From assembly GCA_017464565.1 (NCBI GenBank), contig JAFTZH010000035.1, forward strand, positions 213,838 through 277,837: DNA of 64,000 bases. The letters are read 5' to 3'. The notes under the pieces were generated by a model. The model was given only the letters and a program-made list of their open reading frames with translations. It searched no databases and had not been told where the DNA came from. Positions 36,525-46,528 of this stretch are shown one piece after another; position 1 is the first letter of the stretch; every line of letters begins with the position of its first letter. Made by a program: the position numbers and the translations under genes. The DNA is from Clostridia bacterium (lineage in GTDB: Bacteria > Bacillota > Clostridia > Oscillospirales > CAG-272).

Positions 36525-37052
36525 TTATCCCTCGGTATTTATAAGCCCGTAGGCTCCGTCCCGTCTCTTGTAAACCACGCAAACGTCTCCGCTCTTATCG
36601 TTCTTGAAAACGAAAAACTCGTGCTCAAGCAGATTCATCTGCATTATAGCCTCCTCGGTGGACATAGGCTTGAGCGGAAAGGTCTTTTCTCTTATGATAA
36701 ATTCCCCTTCCTCGTCGAACTCCTCGTTGGTATCGACTATTCCGTTGTCAAACGCGCCCTTGCGAAGCTTTCTCTGAAGCCTCGTTTTATTCTTTCTTAT
36801 CTGTCTTTCTATCGAATATATCGCTCTGTCAAGAGCGTTTCTGAACGTTTCGTCCTCAACCTCGCTGCGGAAGATGATTCCCGAAGCCGTTATCGTAATT
36901 TCAAGGCATTTCTGATTGTGCTTGGAGCTGAGAGTTACCGTTGCCGAGCACTCGTCGCTGAAATATTTATCGAGCTTTTTGAGCTTGATATCTATCGTTT
37001 CCTTCATTTCATTCCAAACGTTCATTTGTCTGCCGATAATGTTGACCTTCAT
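36525..37052 (-). CDS. hpf: ribosome hibernation promoting factor, long form
   Basis: 175 aa with an N-terminal sigma54-modulation/RaiA fold (MKVNIIGRQMNV..) and a C-terminal dimerisation domain (FFVFKNDKSGDVCVVYKRRDG.YGLI). Confidence 0.9.
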   Translation of the reverse strand: MKVNIIGRQMNVWNEMKETIDIKLKKLDKYFSDECSATVTLSSKHNQKCLEITITASGIIFRSEVEDETFRNALDRAIYSIERQIRKNKTRLQRKLRKGAFDNGIVDTNEEFDEEGEFIIREKTFPLKPMSTEEAIMQMNLLEHEFFVFKNDKSGDVCVVYKRRDGAYGLINTEG

Positions 37053-37072
37053 TTGATTTCCTCCTTGAAACT

Positions 37073-37110
37073 AATATGGATAGAGATACGAAAATATCTC
37101 TATCCATATT
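37073..37110. promoter_or_regulatory. 38-bp inverted repeat (16-bp perfect arms) overlapping the hpf -10/TSS
   Basis: AATATGGATAGAGATA-CGAAAA-TATCTCTATCCATATT. Confidence 0.55.
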
Positions 37111-37135
37111 GTAACACACTTTTATATATTTGTAA
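37108..37135 (-). promoter_or_regulatory. hpf promoter TTACAA-16-TGTTACAAT (extended -10)
   Basis: The -35 is the complement of 37130-37135 and the -10 is the complement of 37108-37113, preceded by TGT. Confidence 0.5.
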
Positions 37136-37249
37136 ATAGTATCTTATAATTTTTAATTAAATTGATTAATTTTGTATATATGCAACAAAGATTCGGCGCA
37201 TTTTATGCAAAAATTACAAGTCAGATTTTGTAAAACGAACTAATCGAAA

Positions 37250-38131
37250 TCAAGCGTCCGCCTCATCAACGCTTATTATATTACTCCACGCGTATCTTCC
37301 CTCCCCGTCAATGACGAAGGCTCTCACGAATCTATCGGTGGAAATGGGCTTATATTCGGCAAAGGTGAGTTTTTCTCCGTGGAACGACCTGCGGCACCAC
37401 GCGCTTCCCGACGCGAAATATATATGGCTGACGGGCGAGCATCTGACGGTAAATTTTCCGTCCTCCCGCGTCAAATGTATCTCGGGGCCTTGCGTGGCGT
37501 AAAAGCGTTTTTCAAGTATCGCCTTTTTTATCTCCTTGCCGTCGGGGGTATCGCACTCCGCCATAATATACGCCACGCAGTTATCCTTGCCGTTATAAAA
37601 ATGAGTATCGTCGGTAGCAAGAAGCGGATATATAACGCCTCTTACGGCAAGCATATCGACTATGATTGAAGAATCGGCTCTGAACGACTCTCCCACCGCC
37701 GACACCGCGTTGTATATTTCGGTCGCGTCGATGCCATCAAGCTTCATTATCATATCGGGAGTATTCAGCGACCACGCGGGATGCGCCAGAACGGCTATTC
37801 CGCCCGCCGCGTGTATCTTGTTTATTATAGTCTGCGCGCCGTCGCTCTTTAATACCTCGGGATCCCTCTCCACGAGAAGTCCGAGTATATGATACACTCC
37901 TCCGAGGGTATCGTTACCTCCAATATTATATTCCGCGCCGGATAATATTCCAAGCCCGTCAGCCTCTCCTGCGTCGTTATGCAGCCAGTGGTCTGTAAGA
38001 GCTACGGCGTCGTAGCCCGCCTCCTTATATATTTTAAGCGCCTCGTCGGGAGACGCCGCGCCGTCCGAACGCGTGGTATGTATATGCAAGCCTATCTTCT
38101 GTCTCTTTTTTCCGAAAATATCAACGTACAT
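37250..38131 (-). CDS. PHP-domain metallohydrolase (CehA/McbA-like)
   Basis: 293 aa with LHIHTTRSDGA and ALTDHW motifs. Confidence 0.7.
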   Translation of the reverse strand: MYVDIFGKKRQKIGLHIHTTRSDGAASPDEALKIYKEAGYDAVALTDHWLHNDAGEADGLGILSGAEYNIGGNDTLGGVYHILGLLVERDPEVLKSDGAQTIINKIHAAGGIAVLAHPAWSLNTPDMIMKLDGIDATEIYNAVSAVGESFRADSSIIVDMLAVRGVIYPLLATDDTHFYNGKDNCVAYIMAECDTPDGKEIKKAILEKRFYATQGPEIHLTREDGKFTVRCSPVSHIYFASGSAWCRRSFHGEKLTFAEYKPISTDRFVRAFVIDGEGRYAWSNIISVDEADA

Positions 38132-38285
38132 AATATGCTCCTCAACAGATTATTTTGATATAATTTTAACATAAATCGACCGATTTTTCAATATACTTAT
38201 TGAAATTATATTTTATAATACGCGCATTTTCATATACTCCTTCAAAGCCTCATATATTTTTATAAGAAACACTTTGGAGGGGGCT

Positions 38286-39611
38286 ATGCGAAAATCCGTT
38301 TTAATTACCATAATAGCTTTTTCGGTTTTGCTCTCGCTCCTCGTCGGCGGACTTCGCGTATTTTTTCCGAACGGTCTTTCTTCCGAAAGCTCGTCGAAGG
38401 AAAGCTCCCGAACACCGCAAACAGACGCGAAAAGCCAAGAAAACGAAAGTTCTCCGTACGAGGCGCTGAATTATGAAACGGTGAAAGCCGTATGGATATC
38501 TCAATTCGACGCGTCGCAAATCTATACCGAAAACGGAGCGCAGCGTTCAAAAGCAGACTATACCGAAAAAATCAAAACCGTTATAAAAAATCTTTCCTTT
38601 CTCGGCATAAATACCGTGTTTTTTCAGCTTCGCCCCAACGGAGACAGCATATACCCCTCAAAACTGTTCCCCACCTCAAAATACGTAAGCGGAGCTTACG
38701 GCAAAGATACCGAATACGACGCTTTTCAAATATTTCTCGAATACGCTCACCAAGCCTCGATATCGGTTCACGCCTGGATAAACCCTCTGAGGTGTATGAA
38801 AAATTCCGAGATATCCTTGATTTCCAACGAATATCAAATAAAAAAATGGTATACCGAAGCCTCCCCGAATATCGTAACGGTAGACGGATACTGCTATCTT
38901 AATCCCGCTTACGACGAGGTAACAGAGCTTATTTGCGGAGGTGTTGAGGAGATAATGGAGAAATACGACGTTGACGGAATACATATAGACGATTATTTTT
39001 ATCCAACTACAGCAGAAAGCTTTGATGCGGAGGCGTACTCCGAATATAAAAAAAGCGGAGGTATTCTCTCGCTTGCCGATTTTCGCCGTGAGCGGATAAA
39101 CCGTCTCGTGCGTGAAATATACGCGGCTGTCAAAAACTCCAATCCGTCGGTTCTGTTCGGAGTAAGCCCTGCGGGAAACGTTGAACGGAATTACAACGAG
39201 CTTTACGCCGACGTTGCGGAATGGTGTTCGGTAGGCTGCTATATAGACTATATATGCCCTCAGGTGTATTTCGGCTTTGAACACCAAACACACGCCTTTA
39301 ACGAGGTATGCGACACTTTTTCAAATATGATAAAGACTGACGGAATAAAGCTTATTATCGGTATGACTCTCGGAAAGGCGTACGACGCCTGCAACGGAAG
39401 CGTTGACGTGTGGGCAGGCGCGGGAGAGCGCGAATGGATAGAAAACCGCGACGTGCTGAAACGGTCTCTCGAATACATTAAAACTATCCAAAACTGCGAG
39501 GGCGCGGCGTTCTTCTCGTATAGGTTCTTCTTTGACGCCTCAACGGGCGCCCCCGTAACGGAGACAAAAGACGAGATTGCGGCTTTTCTGCCGATATTGA
39601 ACGGAATGTAA
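38286..39611 (+). CDS. membrane-anchored glycoside-hydrolase-like family 10 (GHL10/YngK-like) protein
   Basis: ATG 38286 follows GGAGGGGG. It has an N-terminal anchor MRKSVLITIIAFSVLLSLLVGG and a TIM-barrel-like body (VWISQFD, GIHIDDYFYP). Confidence 0.6.
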   Translation: MRKSVLITIIAFSVLLSLLVGGLRVFFPNGLSSESSSKESSRTPQTDAKSQENESSPYEALNYETVKAVWISQFDASQIYTENGAQRSKADYTEKIKTVIKNLSFLGINTVFFQLRPNGDSIYPSKLFPTSKYVSGAYGKDTEYDAFQIFLEYAHQASISVHAWINPLRCMKNSEISLISNEYQIKKWYTEASPNIVTVDGYCYLNPAYDEVTELICGGVEEIMEKYDVDGIHIDDYFYPTTAESFDAEAYSEYKKSGGILSLADFRRERINRLVREIYAAVKNSNPSVLFGVSPAGNVERNYNELYADVAEWCSVGCYIDYICPQVYFGFEHQTHAFNEVCDTFSNMIKTDGIKLIIGMTLGKAYDACNGSVDVWAGAGEREWIENRDVLKRSLEYIKTIQNCEGAAFFSYRFFFDASTGAPVTETKDEIAAFLPILNGM

Positions 39612-39630
39612 AATCACGATATAAAAAAGC

Positions 39631-39661
39631 AAAAGGAGCCTTGTTAAACAAAGCTCCTTTT
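39631..39661. terminator. bidirectional hairpin terminator between convergent genes
   Basis: AAAAGGAGC-N13-GCTCCTTTT. Confidence 0.6.
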
Positions 39662-39674
39662 AATCTCCTCAAAA

Positions 39675-40490
39675 TCAAATCTTTATCTCATCGAATTTAC
39701 CGTTTTTCATAACGGTAAGCTTGCGTATTCCGCAAGCCTTCGCGTATTCCACAGCGTCCGCAAATCCAAAAAACAGTGTTTCTATCGAATGAGAATCGCT
39801 GTTGAGCATAACTCTTCCTCTCTTCTCCGCGATATATTTCAATATAAAGTCGGCGGGATACGGATTTTTCCGATATCCTCTTGAAACCGCTCCCGTATTT
39901 ATCTCAAGCACAAGCTCTTTTTCAAGCAGGAAGCCGAGTGCGGCGTAAGCGCGGGAACGATATCTTTCATCAGTCTCGTCAAAATAGCGTCCACCCTCGT
40001 TGAATTTGGTAACGAGGTCGAAATGACCTATAATATCGCATTTTGTATGCTCGGGTATATAATACATATTATCATAATAATCCCTCGCAAGCGCGTAAAA
40101 ATCTCCGCCGTAGAACTCGTTAACCCCCGCTTCAAGAATCGAAGCCTCGTCATCAATAGATATCTTATTCCCCTTAAAGTCAACGTAATGCGACGAACCG
40201 ATTATATAATCAAACGGAGACGTATCGCAGTCTGAAAAAAGGTCGTATTCGAGACCGAGCAATATTTCTATCCTTCCACGGTATTTCTCACGCAGGCGGG
40301 ATATCTCGCGGATATAGTCTCCCATTCCCTCCTCGGTCATACACCACCAATTGTCAAAAGGTATAGGTGAATGACCCGAAAAGCCAAGCGTCTCACAGCC
40401 CGCGTCTATCGCTCCGAGCACCATCTCCTCCGCGGTGTTCTTACCGTCACAGAAGGTGGTATGGGTGTGAAGATTGCACCGCGGCGTCAT
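39675..40490 (-). CDS. hisK: histidinol-phosphatase, PHP family
   Basis: 271 aa with [11 protein letters not shown]. It shares an ATGA overlap with hisIE and is the last gene of the his operon. Confidence 0.8.
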   Translation of the reverse strand: MTPRCNLHTHTTFCDGKNTAEEMVLGAIDAGCETLGFSGHSPIPFDNWWCMTEEGMGDYIREISRLREKYRGRIEILLGLEYDLFSDCDTSPFDYIIGSSHYVDFKGNKISIDDEASILEAGVNEFYGGDFYALARDYYDNMYYIPEHTKCDIIGHFDLVTKFNEGGRYFDETDERYRSRAYAALGFLLEKELVLEINTGAVSRGYRKNPYPADFILKYIAEKRGRVMLNSDSHSIETLFFGFADAVEYAKACGIRKLTVMKNGKFDEIKI

Positions 40491-41137
40491 TTCGTCATCT
40501 TCTCCTGCTTTATCTTGTGGTCTATGACGTGTCTTGACGCAAGCTCCTTGTTTATATCGTCAAGAGATATACCCATCTCTATCATAAGCACCATAACGTG
40601 ATATACGAGGTCGGATATCTCGTATATCGTCTCCGCTTTATCGTTTGCCTTGCCCGCGATTATTACCTCGGTACACTCCTCGCCTACCTTTTTGAGTATC
40701 TTGTCTATTCCCTTCTCAAAAAGATACGTGGTGTACGAGCCTTCCTTTTTCTCGATTTTTCTTCCTCTGATAAGCTCCATAAGAGACTCAAGCGAAAAAT
40801 CCGCGATAGTATCACTCTCAAAAACGTAATCGTTAAAGCAGGAGTCCGCCCCCGTATGACAAGCGGGACCGTCCTTGCGGACGAGCACCGTAAGCGCGTC
40901 CTTATCGCAGTCGGTCATTATATTGACTATGTGCTGTCTGTTGCCAGAGGTCGCTCCCTTACGCCAAAGCTCGTTTCTTGAACGCGACCAAAAGCAGGTC
41001 GTCTCTTCTTTTATGCTTATCTCAAGGCTCTCTCGGTTCATATACGCAACGGTAAGCACCTTCCTTGAATCAGCATCGACCACTACCGCGGGAATAAGTC
41101 CCTTTTCATCAAATTTCAGTTCATTAACGTTTATCAT
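40487..41137 (-). CDS. hisIE: bifunctional phosphoribosyl-AMP cyclohydrolase / phosphoribosyl-ATP pyrophosphatase
   Basis: 216 aa with a HisI half ([18 protein letters not shown]) and a HisE half. RBS AAGGAG. Confidence 0.9.
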   Translation of the reverse strand: MINVNELKFDEKGLIPAVVVDADSRKVLTVAYMNRESLEISIKEETTCFWSRSRNELWRKGATSGNRQHIVNIMTDCDKDALTVLVRKDGPACHTGADSCFNDYVFESDTIADFSLESLMELIRGRKIEKKEGSYTTYLFEKGIDKILKKVGEECTEVIIAGKANDKAETIYEISDLVYHVMVLMIEMGISLDDINKELASRHVIDHKIKQEKMTK

Positions 41138-41160
41138 AAATTTACTCCTTTTAGGATTTC

Positions 41161-41411
41161 GTTACTTTTCTTTTGCAAAAGAAAAGTAACCAAAAGAAAA
41201 CACTGACAAATTAAATAAAAACCAATTTCTTATAGCGTTATTCTAAATTTTATTTGCTAAAACTCTTTCTTCTTTTAAAAAAGATAGAGTAACCAAAAGA
41301 AAACACTGACAAATTAAATACTATCTTTATTATCCCCAAACTTTTAAAGTTTCTTGGACGGGTGGGGGTATGGGGGAGGGAGACCTTCTTGCAAGAAGGT
41401 CTCCCTCCCCC
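41161..41411 (+). repeat. intergenic repeat element copy D inside the his operon (two perfect palindromes plus a 32-bp direct repeat)
   Basis: A 30-bp palindrome lies at 41161-41190 (GTTACTTTTCTTTTGCAAAAGAAAAGTAAC). A 32-bp direct repeat lies at 41186-41217 and 41289-41320. A 40-bp palindrome lies at 41372-41411 (GGGGGAGGGAGACCTTCTTG/CAAGAAGGTCTCCCTCCCCC). Confidence 0.85.
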
Positions 41412-41434
41412 ACATAAAAATCTCACATAAAAAA

Positions 41435-42193
41435 TCAAACTCTGACGTTTATTCCGTTGCTGCGCAGGGTTTGTTTAAGGTCTTTAATTTCAACCTCTCC
41501 GAAATGGAATATAGAAGCGGCAAGCCCCGCGTCAACCTTTGGAATGGAATTAAAGAGGGTAACGAAATCCTCCTTACGTCCAGCTCCGCCCGACGCGATA
41601 ACCGGAACGTTCACGGCGCTGCAAACGGCGTCGAGCATTTCGAGGTCAAAGCCCTGCTTTACACCGTCGGTATCTATGCTGTTAAGTACTATTTCGCCCG
41701 CGCCCGAAGCGACGCCGTTCTTTATCCATTCGATAGCGTCAAGCCCCGTGTCCTCACGGCCGCCCTTGGCGAATACTCTAAAGGAGCCGTCAACGCGCTT
41801 TGCGTCCACCGAGAGAACTACGCACTGGTCGCCGTATCTCCTCGCCGCCTCGTATATAAGGGAGGGATTTCTCAAAGCTCCCGAATTTACGCTGACCTTG
41901 TCCGCTCCGCATTTAAGCACTCGGTCAAAATCGTCAAGCGTATTTATACCTCCGCCTACCGTAAGCGGAATAAATATCGTCCTTGCTACCTCGCAAAGAA
42001 TATCGGTAAAAAGCGCTCTTTCCTCAAATGACGCCGTTATATCGTAAAATACCAGTTCGTCGGCTCCGCTGTCGCTGTAATATTTTGCGAGACTTATAGG
42101 TGAGGATACGTCTGAAAGTCCGAGAAAATTAACACCCTTTACTACCCGTCCGTTACGGACGTCAAGGCAAGGAATAATTCTTTTGGTTATCAT
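41435..42193 (-). CDS. hisF: imidazole glycerol phosphate synthase cyclase subunit
   Basis: 252 aa beginning [12 protein letters not shown]. Confidence 0.95.
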   Translation of the reverse strand: MITKRIIPCLDVRNGRVVKGVNFLGLSDVSSPISLAKYYSDSGADELVFYDITASFEERALFTDILCEVARTIFIPLTVGGGINTLDDFDRVLKCGADKVSVNSGALRNPSLIYEAARRYGDQCVVLSVDAKRVDGSFRVFAKGGREDTGLDAIEWIKNGVASGAGEIVLNSIDTDGVKQGFDLEMLDAVCSAVNVPVIASGGAGRKEDFVTLFNSIPKVDAGLAASIFHFGEVEIKDLKQTLRSNGINVRV

Positions 42194-42915
42194 ATCTCTC
42201 CCTCTCCCGCGGCTGCCAGAGCTTCGCGCAGGTCTATATTGCCCGCGTATATCGCCTTGCCGAGTATCGCGCCGTACATTCCCATTTCAGACAGCTTTTT
42301 TACGTCGTCAAGCGAAGATACGCCTCCCGACGCGGTAATATCCATACTGAATCTATCCGACAGCTCGGCGTAAAGCTCCATATTCGTTCCCGAAAGCAGA
42401 CCGTCCTTTGATATATCGGTGCAAATCACCGTCTTTACTCCAAGAGACGCAAGACGTTCGCAAAAATCAAAGCAGGTCAGCTCCGATTTTTCGGTCCAGC
42501 CCTTGATTGCCACCGCTCCGTCTTTTATATCCACTCCGACGGCTATTTTCTCGCCGTACCGTGATACCGCCTCCTCAAGAAAAGCGGGATCGGTTACTGC
42601 GGCGGTTCCGATTATAACTCGGTCGGCTCCCGCTCCAACGTAGGTTTCAACCATATCGAGCGAGCGTATTCCGCCTCCGACCTCGACGAAAAGCTCGGTT
42701 TTATCTATAATTTCTTTTATCGTGGCAAGATTTACGGGCAAACCGTCGCGCGCGCCTTCAAGGTCAACGAGGTGCAGATATTTCGCTCCGCAGTCCTCAA
42801 AATATTTAGCAACCTTCAGGGGACTGTCGCTGTATACAGTCATTTTTGCGTAATCGCCCTTGACGAGACGCACCGCCTTGCCGTCTATAATATCTATCGC
42901 AGGAAATAGCTTCAT
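42190..42915 (-). CDS. hisA: ProFAR isomerase
   Basis: 241 aa beginning [17 protein letters not shown]. Overlaps hisF by 4 nt. Confidence 0.95.
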   Translation of the reverse strand: MKLFPAIDIIDGKAVRLVKGDYAKMTVYSDSPLKVAKYFEDCGAKYLHLVDLEGARDGLPVNLATIKEIIDKTELFVEVGGGIRSLDMVETYVGAGADRVIIGTAAVTDPAFLEEAVSRYGEKIAVGVDIKDGAVAIKGWTEKSELTCFDFCERLASLGVKTVICTDISKDGLLSGTNMELYAELSDRFSMDITASGGVSSLDDVKKLSEMGMYGAILGKAIYAGNIDLREALAAAGEGEI

Positions 42916-43535
42916 TCGCGTCCTCCTATCTCACAAAACGCGCGGAGAATGGAAAGTCCGACCTCTCCGCTCTTTTCGGGGTGAAACTGCGTGCCGTACA
43001 CGTTGCCCGAGGCAACCGCCGCCGTTATATCGGCTCCGTATTCGGCAGTCGCGATAAGCGAGTCTTCGCAGTCCGCGCCGTAATACGAGTGAACGAAATA
43101 TACGAAATCCCCCTCGTTTATATACTTAAAAAGCGGACTCTTTTCTCCGTGAAATTTAAGCGCGTTCCAGCCTATCTGCGGTATTTTCAGCTCCGCGGGA
43201 ATAACGTCCCGCATAGGTTTTACCGAGCCTTTTATAAGACCGAGCCCCTTGTGCTCACCGTATTCGCAGCTGCGCTCAAAAAGCATCTGCATACCAAGAC
43301 ATATTCCAAGTAAAGGCTTCCCCGCCCTTGCCTCGCTGCATACGACGGCGGCGAGACCGCTCTCTTCCAGCTTTTTCGCCGCGTCGGCAAACGCTCCGAC
43401 ACCGGGGAGTATTATCCTGTCTGAAGCTCTTATCTCCTCCGCGTCGGAGGTCAGCTTTGCCTGCTCACCGATATAGCCGAAGGAGCTTGCAAGTGAAAAG
43501 AGATTTCCAACGCCGTAATCTACGATAGCCGTCAT
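42912..43535 (-). CDS. hisH: imidazole glycerol phosphate synthase glutaminase subunit
   Basis: 207 aa with GICLGMQ and the FHPEKS triad. Confidence 0.95.
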   Translation of the reverse strand: MTAIVDYGVGNLFSLASSFGYIGEQAKLTSDAEEIRASDRIILPGVGAFADAAKKLEESGLAAVVCSEARAGKPLLGICLGMQMLFERSCEYGEHKGLGLIKGSVKPMRDVIPAELKIPQIGWNALKFHGEKSPLFKYINEGDFVYFVHSYYGADCEDSLIATAEYGADITAAVASGNVYGTQFHPEKSGEVGLSILRAFCEIGGRE

Positions 43536-44122
43536 ACTATCACACCCTTCGTCGAGGGTATCTCGCCCGCTCTCGCGCTGTCAACGGCAACCGCGCCGCC
43601 GAGCGTTCTTCCGAGTGCCTTGAATACGCATTCTATTATATGATGAGTATTTTTACCTTCAAGCTGTCTTATATGTAAGCTTATCTTCGCGTTACGGACG
43701 AATGCCGCGAGAAATTCCTCAACCAGCTCGGTATCAAAATCTCCCACTCTCCGTGACGGTATATCGAGACGGCAGACGAGAGTATCGCGTCCGCAGATAT
43801 CGACCGCGCACATAACGAGAGCCTCGTCCATAGGAAGCACGACGTCCCCGTATCTCGCGATACCTCCGCAATCCCCAAGCGCCTCCGAAAAGACCTTTCC
43901 GAGACATATTCCTATATCCTCCGCGCTGTGGTGAAAATCAACGCGGACATCCCCCGCGCACTCAACCGAAAGATCGAATCTTCCGTGCTTTGCGAAGAGA
44001 GTCAGCATATGGTCCATAAATCCGCAGCCGCTGTTTATCTCGCTTTTGCCCGTACCGTCAAGCTCAAGAGAGAGCTTTATATCGGTCTCGCCCGTTTTTC
44101 TGACTATTTCACTCTTTCTCAT
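43532..44122 (-). CDS. hisB: imidazoleglycerol-phosphate dehydratase
   Basis: 196 aa with DFHHSAEDIG and NTHHIIE motifs. Confidence 0.95.
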   Translation of the reverse strand: MRKSEIVRKTGETDIKLSLELDGTGKSEINSGCGFMDHMLTLFAKHGRFDLSVECAGDVRVDFHHSAEDIGICLGKVFSEALGDCGGIARYGDVVLPMDEALVMCAVDICGRDTLVCRLDIPSRRVGDFDTELVEEFLAAFVRNAKISLHIRQLEGKNTHHIIECVFKALGRTLGGAVAVDSARAGEIPSTKGVIV

Positions 44123-44128
44123 AATTTC

Positions 44129-45196
44129 TTATATCCTTCCGAGAATTTCTTTAACGGAACGAAGAAAAACGTTCATCTCGTCGTCCGTTCCGATAGTTAT
44201 TCTGTTAAAGTCCTTTATTCTTTCGGTCTTGAAATGTCGTATGAGGACTCCTCTTTTTTTAAGCTCCGAATAAAGCTCCTCTCCCGATATATCGGGCGTT
44301 CTTGCAAAGATAAAGTTAGCGCGGGAATCAAGCACCTCAAAGCCGAGCGCCCGAAGCTCCTCGGTTACGTTTCTGCGTGTACGCGCGATTATCTTGCAAT
44401 TATTCATATAATACGCGTTGTCCTCTATGGCGCGGCAGCCCGCAATCATAGAAAGACGGTTTATATTATAAGGATTGGTTGAAAACTTTATCTTGTTGAG
44501 GTCGGAGATAAGCGACTCGGATGCGATAGCGAAGCCAAGCCTTGCCCCTGCCAGAGAATAAGACTTTGAAAAGGTTCTTACCACCATAAGATTGTCGTAT
44601 TTATTCACGAGTCCAACGGCGCTCTCCGCTCCGAAATCAACGTAAGCCTCGTCTATAAGCACTAAATTATCGGGGTTTGAAGCCACTATCCGCTCTATCG
44701 CCGCGCGGGACAGCGCAAGTCCCGTGGGCGCGTTTGGATTTGCGATGACTATATTCTTACCTATTCCAACGTAATCCTCGGGGTCTATCGAAAAATCTTC
44801 TCTGAGCGGTATCTGCGTATACTCGGCGCCGTGAAGCTCGGCGTAAACCTTGTAAAAACCGTAGCTTATATCGGGAAATACCACCGAGTGTTCTCCGCGT
44901 CCGCAAAAAGCCATAAAGGAAAAATTAAGTATATCGTCAGACCCGTTTGAAACGAAAACGTTCTCTTTTTCGTAACCGAAAAGCCCCGCGATTTTTTCTC
45001 TCAATTCCGAGGCATCGGGATCGGAATAAAGCTTTAACTGCTTTACAGCCTCGGAGTCTATCGCCTCGACCACCCTCTCGGACGGCGGAAACGGCGACTC
45101 GTTGGTGTTGAGCTTGACGTATCTCATATCCTTCGGCTGTTCCCCGGGAACGTATTCCTCAAGAGAGACGTATTTATTATTAAGATATCGGCTCAT
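44129..45196 (-). CDS. hisC: histidinol-phosphate aminotransferase
   Basis: 355 aa with the PLP-Lys motif TFSKSYSLAGARLG. Confidence 0.9.
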   Translation of the reverse strand: MSRYLNNKYVSLEEYVPGEQPKDMRYVKLNTNESPFPPSERVVEAIDSEAVKQLKLYSDPDASELREKIAGLFGYEKENVFVSNGSDDILNFSFMAFCGRGEHSVVFPDISYGFYKVYAELHGAEYTQIPLREDFSIDPEDYVGIGKNIVIANPNAPTGLALSRAAIERIVASNPDNLVLIDEAYVDFGAESAVGLVNKYDNLMVVRTFSKSYSLAGARLGFAIASESLISDLNKIKFSTNPYNINRLSMIAGCRAIEDNAYYMNNCKIIARTRRNVTEELRALGFEVLDSRANFIFARTPDISGEELYSELKKRGVLIRHFKTERIKDFNRITIGTDDEMNVFLRSVKEILGRI

Positions 45197-45218
45197 TTTA
45201 TTTGCTCCTGCCTGCTCT

Positions 45219-46505
45219 CTATTTATTATTTTCCTTTTTCGAACGCACGACCGCGCTTGCGGCGTGAGCCGTCAATCCTTCTTTTTTGGCAAAATACTCA
45301 ACGTCCTTGCAAACCTTCGCGAGAGCTTCCGCGCTGTAATAAGTAAACTGCGTTTTCTTTACGAAATCGTCTACCGACAAGGGACTTGAAAATCTCGCCG
45401 TACCGCTCGTGGGGAGCGTGTGATTAGGACCCGCGAAATAATCTCCGAGCGCCTCGGGGCAGTTCTTTCCAAGGAATACGGATCCCGCGTTCTCTATCTT
45501 ACTTAAATAATCAAACGGATTGTCAACGCATATTTCAAGGTGCTCGGGAGCTATCCTGTTCGCCACCTCAACCGCGAGATCAAGATTCTCGGAAATTATT
45601 ATCTTGCCGTTGTTGTCTATCGACGCTCTCGCTATATCGCTCCTCGAAAGCGTGGGAATTATCCTCTCCAAAGCCTCGCTCACGTCTTTCGCCAGCCTCT
45701 CGCTGTCGGTAACGAGAACCGCGCTCGCGAGCCTGTCGTGTTCTGCCTGTGAGAGCAAATCAGTAGCCACCACATCGGCATCACAGCTTCCGTCGGCAAC
45801 TATCATTATCTCGCTCGGACCCGCTATCATATCTATCGCGACCGCTCCGAATACCTGCTTCTTTGCCTCCGCGACGAAAGCGTTGCCGGGACCCACTATC
45901 TTATCTACCTTCGGTATCGACTCTGTTCCGTACGCGAGAGCCGCGACTGCCTGCGCGCCTCCGGCCTTGAACACCCTGTCCACTCCCGCTATCTTCGCCG
46001 CCGCCAAAATGACGGGATTTACGCGTCCGTCGGCAGAGGGAGGAGTTACCATAATTATCTCGCGGCAGCCCGCAATTTTGGCGGGGATACAGTTCATAAG
46101 CACCGACGAGGGATACGCCGCGGTACCACCCGGAACGTAAAGTCCCACGCGCTCGATAGGCATAACCTTCTGTCCCATAACCACGCCGTCGTTATCGTTG
46201 ATCACGAAGCTGTTTCTTTTCTGCTTTTCGTGGAAGGCGTATATATTGGCAGACGCCTTTTTCATTATTTTCCTAAACTCGTCCTCAACCGACGCGTAAG
46301 CCTCGTTCATCTCGTCCTCGCTTACCTCAAGGCTCGAAAGCTTTGCCTTGTCGAACCTCTCACAGTATTCCAAAACCGCTCCGTCGCCTCTCTCCCTGAC
46401 GTTCTTTATAATATCCGACACTATCGAAGCAACGTCCACCTCGGGTACTACTCTTCCGAATATCTCGCTGTCCTCTACTTCTCCGTATTTATATACCTTT
46501 ATCAT
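45219..46505 (-). CDS. hisD: histidinol dehydrogenase
   Basis: The start is set at ATG 46505 (MIKVYKYGE) after AAAGAGGAAAG. The track's upstream ATG 46565 would overlap hisG. Confidence 0.9.
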   Translation of the reverse strand: MIKVYKYGEVEDSEIFGRVVPEVDVASIVSDIIKNVRERGDGAVLEYCERFDKAKLSSLEVSEDEMNEAYASVEDEFRKIMKKASANIYAFHEKQKRNSFVINDNDGVVMGQKVMPIERVGLYVPGGTAAYPSSVLMNCIPAKIAGCREIIMVTPPSADGRVNPVILAAAKIAGVDRVFKAGGAQAVAALAYGTESIPKVDKIVGPGNAFVAEAKKQVFGAVAIDMIAGPSEIMIVADGSCDADVVATDLLSQAEHDRLASAVLVTDSERLAKDVSEALERIIPTLSRSDIARASIDNNGKIIISENLDLAVEVANRIAPEHLEICVDNPFDYLSKIENAGSVFLGKNCPEALGDYFAGPNHTLPTSGTARFSSPLSVDDFVKKTQFTYYSAEALAKVCKDVEYFAKKEGLTAHAASAVVRSKKENNK

Positions 46506-46528
46506 AATCTTTCCTCTTTTCAGCGCGC

